From contig WELB01000003.1 of assembly GCA_009602725.1 (NCBI GenBank), positions 31,472 through 69,147 of the forward strand: a DNA stretch of 37,676 nucleotides. The letters are read 5' to 3'. Position 1 is the first letter of the stretch. Every line of letters begins with the position of its first letter. This document shows positions 22,101 through 35,200 of the stretch, piece by piece. Below the pieces are notes generated by a model. That model ran no database searches. It had not been told where the DNA came from and was given only the letters and a program-made list of their open reading frames with translations. The translations under genes were made by a program, and so were the position numbers. The DNA comes from Spirogloea muscicola. Its lineage: Eukaryota.

Positions 22101-22909
22101 TCAGGCCTTGTCGGTTTGGCCTGCGGAAGCGCACACCAGTCCAACAGTGAGAGGTAGCCCTTGCTTGGATGCAACTTTTGGTAATTGGAACTATTGGGAG
22201 TACAGCACACGAGAGATGGGCTGCCAGTCAGAAAATACCGACATCATGTTGAGCTTTCATGATATGATAATCTGGGTATTTCGCCAAATGAACTCGTATG
22301 CTTACCAATTTTGCCAAGCCCCTTGCAGTTGCTGCAGACGATCTGGTTCCCTTTGGTTGCAGCATTGGCGTTGAGCCGCTCGTCCGACCTCCTCACAAAG
22401 CCGGCTCCGTCGCAGACAGGACAGCTGCCACCCATCACAGCCAGCCATCATAGCCAGCCCCAAGTCCGTCAGACGCACGGACATGTACAGCAGGAGTGCA
22501 TCGCATGACCAACATTGTCAGCGCAACCGGCATTGTCGGAGTGACTAGCGGCCGCAGTATGTGGGCGCCTCACGTGTCCTTGCGGGAGAAGAGGATGGGG
22601 AACGCGGTGCCGACGAGGGCGATGGCCACGGCGCCAATGATGAGGTAGTTGGTGCCCTCGGCGGAGACGTCGCCGACGGCGCATACCACGCGGGCCTTGC
22701 GGCTGCCCACCTGTGCCACGCAGACTCACGACGCTCTCAGCTTGGCTGTCCTCGACGAGGACCAGCGCCAAACGCTCGGCGGCTGTGGCCAAGGCCATCC
22801 ATGCCATCTACAATGCTGGCTCCGGGCCGCCGTCAGGGCGAGCCACGCCCGCCGCCCCGGCGCGACTGACGGCGGCGGAGCCGACGAATGCACGTTACGG
22901 AGGCGGCAT
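22101..22909 (-). CDS. FIP: FtsH5-interacting protein FIP / SPA-like thylakoid DnaJ-type zinc-finger protein; exons 22710-22574, 22424-22306, 22120-22101 solid, first exon 22909-22847 tentative
   Basis: VVCAVGDVSAEGTNYLIIGAVAIALVGTAFPILFSRKDT/CPVCDGAGFVRRSDERLNANAATKGNQIVCSNCKGLGKIG/QTDKA* closely matches my recollection of Arabidopsis FIP (TM helix plus two CxxCxGxG motifs). Confidence 0.85.
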
Positions 22910-23366
22910 TGCGGGGGCTTGATCCTCAGCCCTCAGTGTGCGGACGTCCACCAAAGGACTCGGCGGGGCGGAGCGAGCGAGCGACTGCCACCACCGCCAG
23001 ACGGGCACTCGCTGGCGCTCCGCCGCAAGGGCTGCAATGGCGGCTCGTGGCGCAGACTGCTGCGGCGGCGGGGGAGCTGCAAGGCCAGGGAGAGGCAGGG
23101 CGGGGTGGGGCGGCGCTGGCCTGGGAGGCGACGCGGCGGGCAAGCGTGGCGGGGCTGCAGGGCGCCGCGAGGGCGCTGGGCGCGGCGCGGAATGGCGGCC
23201 ATGGAGGGCAGGCGGGGAGCAAGGCAGGTCTGATTCTCCCCCAGCGCCGCCTGGGGCTTCCCCCGTGGCCGCCTTATCCGCTGCGCCCGCTGACGTGGCA
23301 GCTGCCCTGGCAGCAGCTGCGCCCACCAAATCCCCTCCACGGCGAGACGTTGCTCTCCCTCGCCTC

Positions 23367-23430
23367 GTCCATTCTTTTCGGGCTGGCTTTTCACAGCCCT
23401 TGCCCCCATTGGGACTGCCACTTCCTTCCT
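23367..23430 (+). mobile_element. Diverged remnant resembling the CRE-like 3' terminus
   Basis: GTCCATTCTTTTCGGGCTGGCTTTTCACAGCCCTT...TGGGACTGCCACTTCCTTCCT compared with copy A GTCCATTCTTTTTGGGCTGGCTTTGCCAGCCCCT...TGGGCGAGCCTTCTTCT. Confidence 0.55.
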
Positions 23431-24212
23431 CTCCTGCGTCGTCCTTGCGCCGTCGAGTATCGGCCTGTTGGCAGCGTGCTCAGAGGCGGCTCATGCTTTG
23501 CACCAGGAAGCTGGGCGAGCTCCAGTTGGTGGCAGAAGGGGCTTGGAATTTGCCATCTGGTGTTTAGGCATCGAACTAGCGACGCTTTATGTGCGACCCG
23601 TGGGTGCTAGCTGGTCACTTTGCAGTGGGCAATGTATGTGGTCAGACGTGATTGCCGTTGTACTTGGCCACTTTGGCCTTCCATCATCTAAAAACACGCA
23701 AGTTCTGTGCATTCCTCAGCTCGTCTGATATCCTGTTGCTGACACGGGGTTACTGCAAGCGCCCTGTTGGCCTAGCCTGTGGCTCGCCTAAAACACTCAA
23801 TAACACCCTGTATGCACCCGGCTGGCTCTAACAGCCGCTCTTTTCTTCATCAGCTGCAGCCGCATCCCTCCCCAAAATCTCCAAAGCTCCAGTCTCACCT
23901 TCCTCACCGTGCTCCCAGCTGAGCTCATGCAGTCGCTCCTCTCAATGCCGCCCTGTCCTGAGAGAGCTTCTTCTCTAAGGCCTGCAGCTGCTCCTAACGC
24001 GGGCCCAAGTGGCGGACACTACAGTGCATCCTGGCATGACTGTAAATGTGGGTCCAAGCTCAAGCTCAGCTGCCGCAGCAGCGCCGCCTGGCCCACGTCC
24101 TAACTGCCGCATACGGCCCTCATAGTGTACACCCTACTCTGCTACCGTGAGCCCACAGTGCATGTGGGTGCCTGCAATCGATGTGGCCAGGAGGCCGGAG
24201 CACGAGAGTTGC

Positions 24213-27200
24213 CTAGAAGTAGCTGGACTGGTTGTGCAATTACTCCAAGTGGGCCAGGATCTTAGCTGCCACTGGCTTGGTCACGGTGGTCCCTCGCTGT
24301 GTCGTGTCTATGAGAGCCATCTGGGCCTTCTGGCCATACTCAAACTTGTAGTCGTCAATGCGGAACATCTTCTCCAGCATCCACACGGCCTTCTCCTTGG
24401 CCCCAGGTGTGCCTGTAGTCAGTAGCTGCACCACCTGCAAAGGCTCATGAATGAAATCTCAGCCCCGCATGCTTGCATTGTCGCTCTCAGGATGCAGATG
24501 TCATCCCCCCCTTGCATGCCACAACCCACCCTGCATTTGTGTCAAGAAGTATCACACGCACTTGCGAATGTAGCACGTCCGTTGTGCCCCGTTTACTTAT
24601 CGGTACAGTGGAGCTCGAGACCTAAACTTGCAATGTAGATGTTTATGTCCTCCTGCCATCTGCTGATACGATCAACAAGCTGCATAATGCCAGGAAGGTT
24701 GTAGTCTTCGGCATTCCAACTTATAAGAGACGGATCAGGTTCAGCGAAGCACAGTGACAGCATGTGTACCTGCAAGAAGCCTCCAACACGAGCAATCTCA
24801 TGCACTCCTTGCTCCCAGTTGCAGCTCTCACTGAGAAGCGTGCTGAGAGCTCTAAGAGCAGCCTCAGCAGTGTGTGGATCCCTGTCTTCAAGGGCAGCCA
24901 CAAGAGGAGGAATGGCCTCCGCTTCCAGCAAGCAGTAAGTGGTCTTGACATCGCACTTCCCACCGTGGACGACACAGCTGACTGTTGGGGGAGGAGAGAA
25001 GCAGCAGCCACCTTTGGTCTTGGCTGGAACACTGAGGCGAGGGGTGCTCTCAGAAAGGTTGCCTAGGCAGATCGATGCGTGACGCCTCGCAGCTGACGAG
25101 GCGGATGACAGGACCTGTACAGCGAGGATGTGTGTGTCACACTATGGTCTCATCAGAGTAGCATGACTGGCTAGCAGCTGCCACTTTCTCTCTTGCGACA
25201 ATGATGACCTGCCCAAGTGCAGCAACTAGCCTTGGAGCACAATTCAGCCAAAGCCAGGCGACATCAGACACCTTGTGACTGCATCTCAACAAGCAGTTAC
25301 AGAGCTGTCACCTGCACAAGGAGGGGGATGGCGTTGAGATCGGCAACCACTTGCTGCATCTTAGGGGCTGTTGACAGAGTGAACCGAACCAATGCCGAGG
25401 CCCCGGCTTCAGGGACACTGGCACGAGCCAGCCGGCTGACTTGGGTTGCAGGGATCCTGGCTGAGCGCGTGTTCAGCATGGCCACGATCATGGGCAAGGC
25501 ATCGCTGCGGTAAAGCAGCGACGTCAGGCTTGAATCATCTGCCGGCAAGGCCCCGATGACCCCTGCTGCCGCAGCCCGGTCCTCGTCGCTCCGGCTGTCC
25601 GGCAGCAGCTTCACAAGGGCCTTGAGGGGGTTGTTATTGCCCTCCCCCAAGTGGTCGGCAACCTCCTTGCCAGCCCCATCTTGGCAGAGCGCGCAGAGCA
25701 GCTGCGCTGCGTTCGTCCTCACAACCTGCTCAGAGCCTTCCAGGAAAGGCAGGAGGAGCTGGATGGCGCCCCCTGTGCGCATCTTGCTCCTGACTTCCTC
25801 TGCAGATGGCACGAGCGCCATGCCTAGCAGGACTCGGAGGAGGTGGCCCTGAATGACCGGCGATGCCAGATTGAGGAGGGAGAGGACCTGGTACGTCGTC
25901 TCCTCGCTCTCCAGGATGTTGCCGTCGCTGTCAATCTCCGTCGCCGCCTCTGTCCCGTTCATGGCGAGATTGGCCAGCGTCGCAGCGGCTCCCTCCTTCA
26001 AGGACATGACTACCGAAGTGACGGAAAATAGTAGCTGAAGGAGTGGCGGTATCACCCCTGCCCTGATCAGGAAATCCCTGTTCTCTGGCAGGTCCGAGAG
26101 GTTCTGCAGGGCTCCAAGAGCAGCCGCCTTGGCCTCAAGCTTCCCCTGTGCAATCATGCTCACAAGAGGAGGGATGGCTCCTTCATGCGCCAAAGCGCCC
26201 TTGCTTTGATCAGTCAACGACATGCGCGACAGTGCCGATGCCATGACGATCTTCGTCATATCTGAACCTGTGATCACAGTGGGATACAAGCAAAAGCAAT
26301 CAGGCCAGCCCATGACACACACGGGCACGAAATGGGATCCTGTTGTCTCAAGAGATTCTTGATGTTTCCCATATGAAAGTAGACTGGTACATCGACAAAA
26401 CAACGACCAATTATGAGACGACGCCAGCTTCCTTCTTAGGCACACACTTATATTGGGCCCCATGATAAAACAGATTCACATTGTAGCACTGATAATGTAA
26501 TAAAGGCAGCTTCACCTTGATTGAGGCGGACAGCAAGAGGCTTGAAGTGGTTCGCCTCAGCCATTTGCACAACATTCTGGTCGTTGCTGGAGAGTCGCTC
26601 AAGCATGAGCCTCGCGTCCTGGACGGCGTTGGGGCTCTCGGAGCTGAGCATTGTGACAAGGAGTAAGATGCTCCCCTGTGCCTTACCGATCTGTTCGCAG
26701 ACCCTGGGGTTCTGCCCCAACTCGAGCAGAAGGGCCACTGCCTGCCTCCCTTCCCCCACATCTCTGGCCAGGGATCTGACGGCCGGAGCAATGGCTCCTG
26801 CGTCCGCCATGAGCTCCTAAATGCACCAGCGACATTGTCAATGTGAGGAAGTTGCAGATAAGATACTAAGACAGCAGTGTTTGTCAGGCAAGAGAGTAAG
26901 TGATCAGCATAGAGCTTATTCCAGCTGCCATTAGCCAAGGGTTGTCGAGAGCGTTAGCTGCCAGTCTCACCCTGTTCTCATCATTGTCGCTGGCGAGGCT
27001 GCAGAGCGTGGCGAGAGTCTTGCGGCGGATGTTGCGGATGGTAGACTTGAGAAGGTCCACCAAAGGGGGAATGAGTCCCTCAGCTCTGATCCACTGCTGA
27101 TGCAAGGGCTTCTCCTCGCACAGCTTGTAGAGCTCGAGCAAGGCTGACTCTATGTCTGCTTCGCTTGTGGACTTCAGCTTCGGACCTTGGACCTGAACCC

Positions 27201-29360
27201 TTATCCTCGTGTTTCGGTCTCTCCACTCGTCAATGGCCCTTCTCAGACCTTCATTCGTTCGGATCTCCAGTGATGGTAGCTTCACATTTGTGGTTGGGTC
27301 GGTCGTGTGGCCTTCTGTTTGACAGAACGACACAATGAGGCTGTATATGAGGCTGTGACTACATATTAAGGCTAGACTATGCTTGAAGCACTGTCTCTGC
27401 AATCTACCAAGGTACTTGCTCCGTTGCACAACAGCACACTACACTTGCAGATAGATGGAGAGCAAGCCTTATTAAGTCGTCTTCTTTCCAGGTCCAAGAC
27501 CATGACTGGCGCTGGCGTAGCCCAACCTTCATACTCTTCACTTCTTCCAAGCCAAGGTGCTACATGTATGCACAGTCACATTTACAAGAGTCTGGACTTT
27601 AAGGAGATCTTACCTGCAAACCACTGCTCGATGGCAGCGCGCTCATAAGTCTGACCGGATGCAATGTCCACGGGGTCGTCCATGACGTCCCTTGTGATGG
27701 GACAGTAGAATGTATGCATGGCAGGGAGGAGGCCCGTGGAGCCGCTATGAGTCATACTCTGCTGGGTCATGCTTTTCTGCCGCCGCTTCCGGTAGTCCTT
27801 GTCCTGGTTACCAGGAGTCACCGCAGCGTCGGAGTGGTTCAGCAGCGCCAGTACCTGTTCTGCCTGCAGCATTTCAGCCTGCACTCACGGCGAGTCAGCT
27901 AAGTTGCCGTTAAGGGCAAGCACCACTCGTGCAGGGGCAGGCATTTCTTCATATACTGTTATCTTTAACGGACCTGCCATGGAACCCTAGACCCCTGGCC
28001 ACAGTGGTGCATACCGTGCTCTTCCGCAGCTGCGCCTCATCCCTCTCCTTCTTGAGGTCCTCCAGCTCCTGGCGGAGGGACAGGGGGTCCAGAGGCACCC
28101 CGACAGCTCTCGCCATCTGCGCCAGCAGGTCGTTGGCATAGTCGGTGTCGGTCCTCTGATCCTCTATGCCCATCTGGATTTTGTCCGTGATTGCTTCCTC
28201 CTTTGCAGACACCTGCACCAATCAATGCGACGAGCATTGAGGCTGTTGACTGATTGGACTTCAGTCTGCACTGCCCCGCATGCTCTTGGGTTCCACATCC
28301 GGAGGTTCAGATTTAGAAAGTCTCAATTTGACTCTTCCAACATGTGTAAGAGCAGGCTGTGCCGCATCAAAGACAGCTACAGGGCAAACATTTTGCACGC
28401 TAGGTTAGCATCCAGACTACAGATCAGCTAAAGTGCAGCACTTTCTATAGCTGATTTTGGCTGAAAGGGCGCAAAGCAGAAGCTGAGGGACAAGTGCATT
28501 GGAAGCCAGATATGAAGCTGTTCTGTACCTGGTATTCAGCCAACTGCATCTCCTTGGCCAACAGCTGCACCTGCTCAACAATCTCCGGCGACATATCCAG
28601 CATGGCCAGCGGGATGAGGCTGATGCAGCGCCCGAGCTCATGGGTGGACTTCTGTTATACAAGACAAGCTGCATGCACTGTCAGGCACGATGGGTACATA
28701 CTCGCAACTAGAGGAAGGGCAGATAACGCAAGGCAAGCCCTTCAATATGAGCTGCACCATTAGGTGCTCTTCACAAGGCCTTTACTACCACTAAGCAACA
28801 ACCTTGACCATGTGTACAAGCCAGACGGTGTGCTCAATCCTGCTGACCTGCATCTGCTTGACCAGCGATCGGCAGTTAATGAGGAGGTAGAGGCGGCTGC
28901 GGGAGCTGCACTGCGACACCAGCTCCCCCATCCTCCTCAGCTCCGCGTCCAGCGCATCCAGCGCCGACCTCAGCTGCGCAGAGCCCTTGACGCTGCGCGC
29001 CGACAGCTCCTGGAGGATGGTCTTCAGCTTCTGCAGGTACTTCCCGACCTCGGTAAAACTCTCCTTCTCGATGAGGACATCTTTGGCAGCGAAAGACGTC
29101 TCAGCGACCTGCATCGACGCCATGGATTCAAGGGCGAGCGTCAAGCCAGACAGGTCCACGAGGGCCAAGCGCCATAATGGAGATGGATGACCGGCGGTAC
29201 CATGAGAGCCGCCTCGGACTACACCTTCGCTACAGAGGCAAGGAGTGTGCTGGGGCGGGACCTGGGTGGTGAGGCTGGCGAGCAGGTCGGGGAGCGGGGC
29301 CACGGCGGCGCCCGCGGGGCCGAGACCCCCACCCGCCCCGCCTCCGCCGCGGAAGCTCAT
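24213..29360 (-). CDS. U-box/ARM-repeat E3 ligase A, PUB43/PUB44 (SAUL1)-like; in-frame TAA at 24240-24242, nine codons before the likely ancestral stop
   Basis: N-terminal helical domain ([10 protein letters not shown]...[21 protein letters not shown]), U-box [32 protein letters not shown]...[14 protein letters not shown] repeats ([20 protein letters not shown]), CVVHGGKC...YCLLEA, and C-terminus [15 protein letters not shown]. Confidence 0.92.
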
Positions 29361-29431
29361 GACTAGGACCCCTGCGGGCCGGTCAACGGCGCCGCCGCCG
29401 CGGTGCGGGCCCGCCGCCGCTCATGGCCGGC

Positions 29432-29982
29432 NNNNNNNNNNNNNNNNNNNNNNNNNNNNNNNNNNNNNNNNNNNNNNNNNNNNNNNNNNNNNNNNNNNNN
29501 NNNNNNNNNNNNNNNNNNNNNNNNNNNNNNNNNNNNNNNNNNNNNNNNNNNNNNNNNNNNNNNNNNNNNNNNNNNNNNNNNNNNNNNNNNNNNNNNNNNN
29601 NNNNNNNNNNNNNNNNNNNNNNNNNNNNNNNNNNNNNNNNNNNNNNNNNNNNNNNNNNNNNNNNNNNNNNNNNNNNNNNNNNNNNNNNNNNNNNNNNNNN
29701 NNNNNNNNNNNNNNNNNNNNNNNNNNNNNNNNNNNNNNNNNNNNNNNNNNNNNNNNNNNNNNNNNNNNNNNNNNNNNNNNNNNNNNNNNNNNNNNNNNNN
29801 NNNNNNNNNNNNNNNNNNNNNNNNNNNNNNNNNNNNNNNNNNNNNNNNNNNNNNNNNNNNNNNNNNNNNNNNNNNNNNNNNNNNNNNNNNNNNNNNNNNN
29901 NNNNNNNNNNNNNNNNNNNNNNNNNNNNNNNNNNNNNNNNNNNNNNNNNNNNNNNNNNNNNNNNNNNNNNNNNNNNNNNNNN
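29432..29982. other. Assembly gap (N run)
   Basis: Run of n between the divergent 5' ends of PUB-A and the DUF4336 gene. Confidence 0.99.
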
Positions 29983-30510
29983 CGCGGCCTGCCGCCTGCG
30001 CCAGCGGGTACGCGCGCGCAACTGCCGCCGCCGCCGGCGCTCCCGCCGCCGGCCCGCCGATCTGCGAGCGAATTGGCAGGCGACGAGCTCGGATCACAGC
30101 TCAGCTCGGCATCCAGACCGTCGTCCTTGCCACTTGCGTTGCCTTCGTGGCGACGATAGCCCGTCGAGTCACTCCTCCGAGGTGGCGGCTGATGGCAGGT
30201 CCTGCAGCAGAGCAGAGCGACTGGTGCTGCAGCGCCCATTGCCGCGATCGCGAGCGAGCCCTTCTCGGCTTCTGGCACGGTTCGTCCTGCTCCCCACTTT
30301 GCAGTTCAATCGGCGGCATACCGGGTCCTTGCCAGCACGCTTGTGACGACTTCGGCTGCAGCTGTGACGGTCGAGCAACACCACAGAAGGTGTTGCATGA
30401 GACAGGACAGCCACAGGAGGTGCTAGCCTCCCAAGGCGAGAGCAACCTTGTGGCAGTGCTTAGTCTGTTGCACGACGCGAGGCCACTGATTTCCGGCTCT
30501 GTTTCTGCAG

Positions 30511-31923
30511 GAAATTGAGCAACCGGGGCCCGCCTTGGATCCGCAGTCATTCCGGTCGTTGCTGCCTCCATTCTTCCGCAGAGCAACCACGATAGAGCAA
30601 GTAGCAGACAACGTGTGGACATTCACACAGCCTCTACCATTTGTGATAGTGGACGTCAGTAAGGGCTTGCCCTGGGTGCGGAAGACCTTCTACCGGCAGA
30701 TTGCCCATCGCAGCCAGCTCCAAATTCCTCATCAACTGCAGTCACTATGGACCACGACTAAGCGATTAGCACAGGACGATGATGTAACAACCAGGGTCTA
30801 ACAATGTAGTCGCCGATAAGTGGAAGTCTCAATCTGTCTCGTCCTCGACTGACGACGCCTCTGTCACGCACTGTGCCCAGAGCTTCGCATGACGGTCGTG
30901 AAGCTGGACGATGGGGCTCTGTGGCTCCACTCGCCTGTAGCTTTGACTGGCGAGGTTTTGGCTGCCCTTACGGCACTTGGACCAGTTGGGCACATTGTCC
31001 TTGGCAACAACTTCTTGGAGCACAGTATCTTCGCCAGCAACTATGCCAAGGCATTTCCAGGAGCGCTCATATACTCTGCTGTGCCCTTGGAGAAGCTGCA
31101 CTCCCGAGTCAGGAAAGGCCTGGCAATGGTCGACGAAGTGCTCTCAGATAGCCCCCCCTCTGCATGGGAAGGCCAGATTGACCAGGTCAATCACAAGCTA
31201 CCACTGCTTCTGCTATCCTTCTGACAGATCAGTAGCAGTGTCAAGGTTTGAGTTTGGACAATCTCTGAAGGCTAATTTGCAGTTGCGCTATGCCATGACA
31301 TGCCAGTCAAACACTAGTGCACTGATGCAGAGGCGTTGGCCCTCCTTGACCCTTGCTGACGTGGCATGCAAGTCCTTGCAGGTGCACATGAACATTGATA
31401 ACACGCTTGTAGAGTGCTTATTCTACCACAAGATGAGTAAAACGCTCCTGGCTTCAGACTCACTTCTCTACTTCGACGATGTTGACCTCCTGTAAGTCAT
31501 TGTCTCGACCTGTTCAATGTTGTGCAAGTGTACAAGTCACGTCTTCTCAAGCACAGCAGCAGTGCACTGTCCTTTGAAGAGGCAATTGGCCACCTGCAGT
31601 CTTTGCTTGCATCCCTGCAAGCCTTTACTATTACTGAATCTCAAGTGTTCTTTTCTTCCTGCATCAGGTCCCGGGGTAGCAGGCAGTTGATCAGACTCTC
31701 TGGTCTGTATAAGCAGTTCGGATCGGCTCTTCCTATAGCTGTCAAGTCAATGAAGCAAGGTTTGAAGCCAGTTGTTAGCAAGGTTCTGGGAAAGCTGGAG
31801 GTTTGGGACTTTGACAAAGTCGTTGCTGCTCACGGTTCTGCCCCAGTTCTTGATGGCAAAAGAGTCCTGTGGAAGAGCTTTGGCATGCCTCAACCTCTTG
31901 ATGTCAGCGGTGCAGAGAAATAA
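30511..31923 (+). CDS. DUF4336-family protein, at least 4 exons; true 5' exon(s) upstream unresolved
   Basis: TIEQVADNVWTFTQPL, LRMTVVKLDDGALWLHSPVALT, GPVGHIVLGNNFLEHSIF, ECLFYHKMSKTLLASD, WDFDKVVAAHG, ...GAEK*. GT-AG junctions. Confidence 0.85.
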
Positions 31924-32287
31924 TACTGCAGCTGTATCTCTATAGGTGGGCTTGCAGCCCCAGTCTCCTTTTTTCCAACTGTGTTGAGATTATCAGCAAG
32001 GTACCTGGAATAGGTAGCTGACACCCAGCTTATGGGAGGGTCTCGACTCAAAGGAAATGGAAGTGAGAATTACTTCTGCTCTATGCAGACTTTCTAAAGT
32101 ACGATGAAGTGATCAAGTACAAGCTACCAATCCCAATTCTAGATTCTAACATCCTGTCAGAACCTGCCAAGCTTGCCGGTATCATAAGACACTGTGCACA
32201 GGGCCTCATACAGTCAAGATGCTCTATTCTGCAAATTCAGGCTGTTGAATACGAGCTGGCACCCAGTCTACGTCACATTTTATTACC

Positions 32288-35200
32288 TCAGAAGAATGAC
32301 GAGTCACCCTTCAAGAGGCCCAACTGAACAATGACCCTGGCAGCCTTCTTCTTAACGGCCGCTGACTCGCTCTGCTGAGCACTTTCGACCAGGGGCAGCC
32401 TGACAGCTTCGAGATAGAGGTCCCGGAAGACGGCAAGCTCGAACAGCAGGCTCAGGAAGGTGATGGCCTCGCTCTGTGCCATAGTTGTCGCCTTCACGAG
32501 TAGATTGATCACTGGCCTACAGGCGGGACAGTCAAAGCGTCTGATCAGACAGGATGTAAGGTTAAGTGTCCAAGCGCCGGAATATTGAGCATCAAAGCCC
32601 CTCCCGATTAACTCCGGCTGCACTGCCCACGTTTCAGTGTGCGGATGCAGGTATTCACAGTCTTCAAATTTTGCATGGGCACCAGGTTTCTTACACACAT
32701 TACTCAAGAAAATGCAGTTACACAACTATAACTAAAAACGGAATACTATCTGACATACTTGATGGCAGCAAGCTCGTGCAAGCACTTGGCAGCCCTGTCT
32801 CTCCATTGCTCGCAAATGAGAAGCGATGTGAAGGCCTCCACTGCCGCCTCCACACCTGGAGCCTGCCAATGCCACCGACTCAGCGGCTCGATGTTATCAC
32901 AAAGAAGGCTGAGTGCTTGAAACCCTACCACGTTAGAATGGCAGCTGAGCTGATCACAGAGCTTCTCATGAAGCTTGCCAGAAGCAGCCATGGACCCAAG
33001 GATTTGCACAATTGCAGCTACACAGAAGTTGGTAATCTATCTCGCTCAGAGACTGTGGCTAGCATATACAGTAGAGGACCATGATCATGACTGCAGCCAA
33101 CATTGGCAGAGATATGTGTCAGATAGCAGCGCAACCTGCGGTTCTTCGCGGAGGAGGGCGGCCAGGCCAGGCAGAGCGTCCGCCTGGACCAGGCAGAACG
33201 TCGCCTGCTCGGTACATGGAACCCTGTGGACGTTGCAAAGGCCTTCCTGCGCTTGGCTCTGGCTGCTGCCAAAGCAGCTGCAACTCCTGTCGGCCTTCCT
33301 GGGCGCCGGCTGGAGAGCGACCAGCTTCCCTGTGCTGCTGGCAAGGTTGGCGAGGGCCCTGGCAGCCGCAACTCGGGCAGGGGCCGAGGCGGTCGACGTC
33401 CCAAGCGGCCCTCCCAGGAGGTCGACAAGAAGCGGGATGGCTCCCCCATGAACCGCCTGCTGCTGCACCTCCAAGTGCGGCGGCCTCGTGAAGCGGGCCA
33501 GCGCTTGGGCTGCCCGCTCCTTGGCGCCACTGCTCCTTGTTCGGCGCAGCTCTCCCAGGATCGCAGACAGCGCCCCCTGCTCCAGCAGCTCTCGCAGCAG
33601 CAGCTCGTCGTCTTCAGGAAGCGTCGCGATGATGCCCATCGCTGCATCTGCCACCTCCTCCGGATGTGACCCACTCATGAGGTGAACGAGCGTGCCCACC
33701 ATTTGCTCCTTCTGCACAAACATGAAGTGAATCGCGTTGTTGCTCTAGCTTCAGATGGATACAAGATAACGCTCGCTCTCATAATGGCCAAGAACATACT
33801 CAATACAAGAGAGGTCTGTCCCCAGGCAAAGACTGCTCGGCTGTGCCAGTATCCATGCACAAAGCAGGGGACGAGGCGGCGGCAGCAGCGGAGAAGAGAG
33901 TCTACCTTGAGCGACTCGGCAATCTCGGGTCCCCCATCCTGTGAAAGTCGATAGAGAAGCCTCGCAACGCCTCCTTGGATGCTGCCCGATGTAACCAGCA
34001 GCAATGGCATGAGTGCTGGGACGGCGCCCTGCTGCCGCATGCCAGCCCTTGCCACCTCGCCTTTGCTGCCGCTTGCCAGCCTCTCCAGCACGCAGAGGAC
34101 GTTAGCCCTGACCTGCCTGGCCTCACGAAAGCGAGTCAGTGACGTATACAAGCCGCATGTTATTGAGCAAGCCCTGACAGCCGCAATAGAACATGGGTAC
34201 TGTGCAGATTTGCTTACATGGAGACGGTCTGCGTGACCAGCCCGAGGAGCTCTTGCATCCTGTCGGACAGCACTTCCGTGCCCTTCACATGGACTGCAGT
34301 GCCCTGCAGGGAGCAAATAATGCAGAGTCAGGCTGTGTTTGCCACGTACAGCCACTGCCCCTTTCTGCAATTTTCAGAGTCCTCCTTGATTCTTGAGGAC
34401 CACAAGCACAGACCAGAGGTTGTTCTTGGCTAAATTCAGGGCCACGACTAAGATCAGCTTGCGCAGCCGCAACACTTCAAGAAGGCATGCAGATCATGGA
34501 AGAATGTCAACTCTAAGACGCGCTGAACTCACCGAGCTGCTCTCGTCAGTGATGATGTTGGCCAGCAGGGCCGAGGATGCCTCCTTGACTGCCAGCGAGC
34601 TCCTCACCGAGAAGAGCTGCTGCAGCACAATGGGCATGGCCCCCGCCTCGACAATAGCCTGGCTGCCCGCTGGAAGGGCCGCAAGCTGTAGCAGCGCATG
34701 CAGGCTGGCACTGACTGCGGCGGGCGTTCCTGTGGACAACATGGCCACCAGGGCCAGGACGGTGCCCGCGTCCACAAGCTCCGCCCGGCTCTGGTTGGTG
34801 AGCTCCATGTCGCCCAGGGCTAGAGCCAGGTTCAGCTTTGACTGCTCTGAGCCTGCATCGCAAGGGCCTTGACTCATGATCTGAGCTCTGGAACTGCACA
34901 TTCAGCCCTCCCTTTTCTATAGCCTCTTTGCACAGCTTTCATGTCCTGCATTTCTTAAGTAGCACAGTCACTGGCTGCCTTGACATTTGCAGAAAGAGAA
35001 TTGGGTTATCCTTATGTCCAGCTGTGCGAGCTACAACGAGCTGTCAATGACAAAAGTGCAGGCTAGGAGGCATGCCTGAGAGGAGCCGAGCTGCGTAGGG
35101 CTGGAACAAGTTGGCTGCAGCCATCTGCAGGACATTGTCGTCCGTCACAGCCAGCCGCGACAGCAGCTCCGCAGCGCCCGCAATCGCCACTGCGTCGTCG

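Noticed and set aside
22711..22729. 19-nt micro-intron GTGAGT...CAG in FIP
   Set aside because: Far shorter than other introns here, and the longer 22846-22711 intron gives a more transit-peptide-like exon; not excluded without cDNA.
22895..24242. Alternative nuclear genetic code (TAA/TAG = Gln)
   Set aside because: TAG ends PUB-A, PDK and QWRF at plausible positions, TAA ends DUF4336, and long exons contain no other in-frame TAA/TAG.
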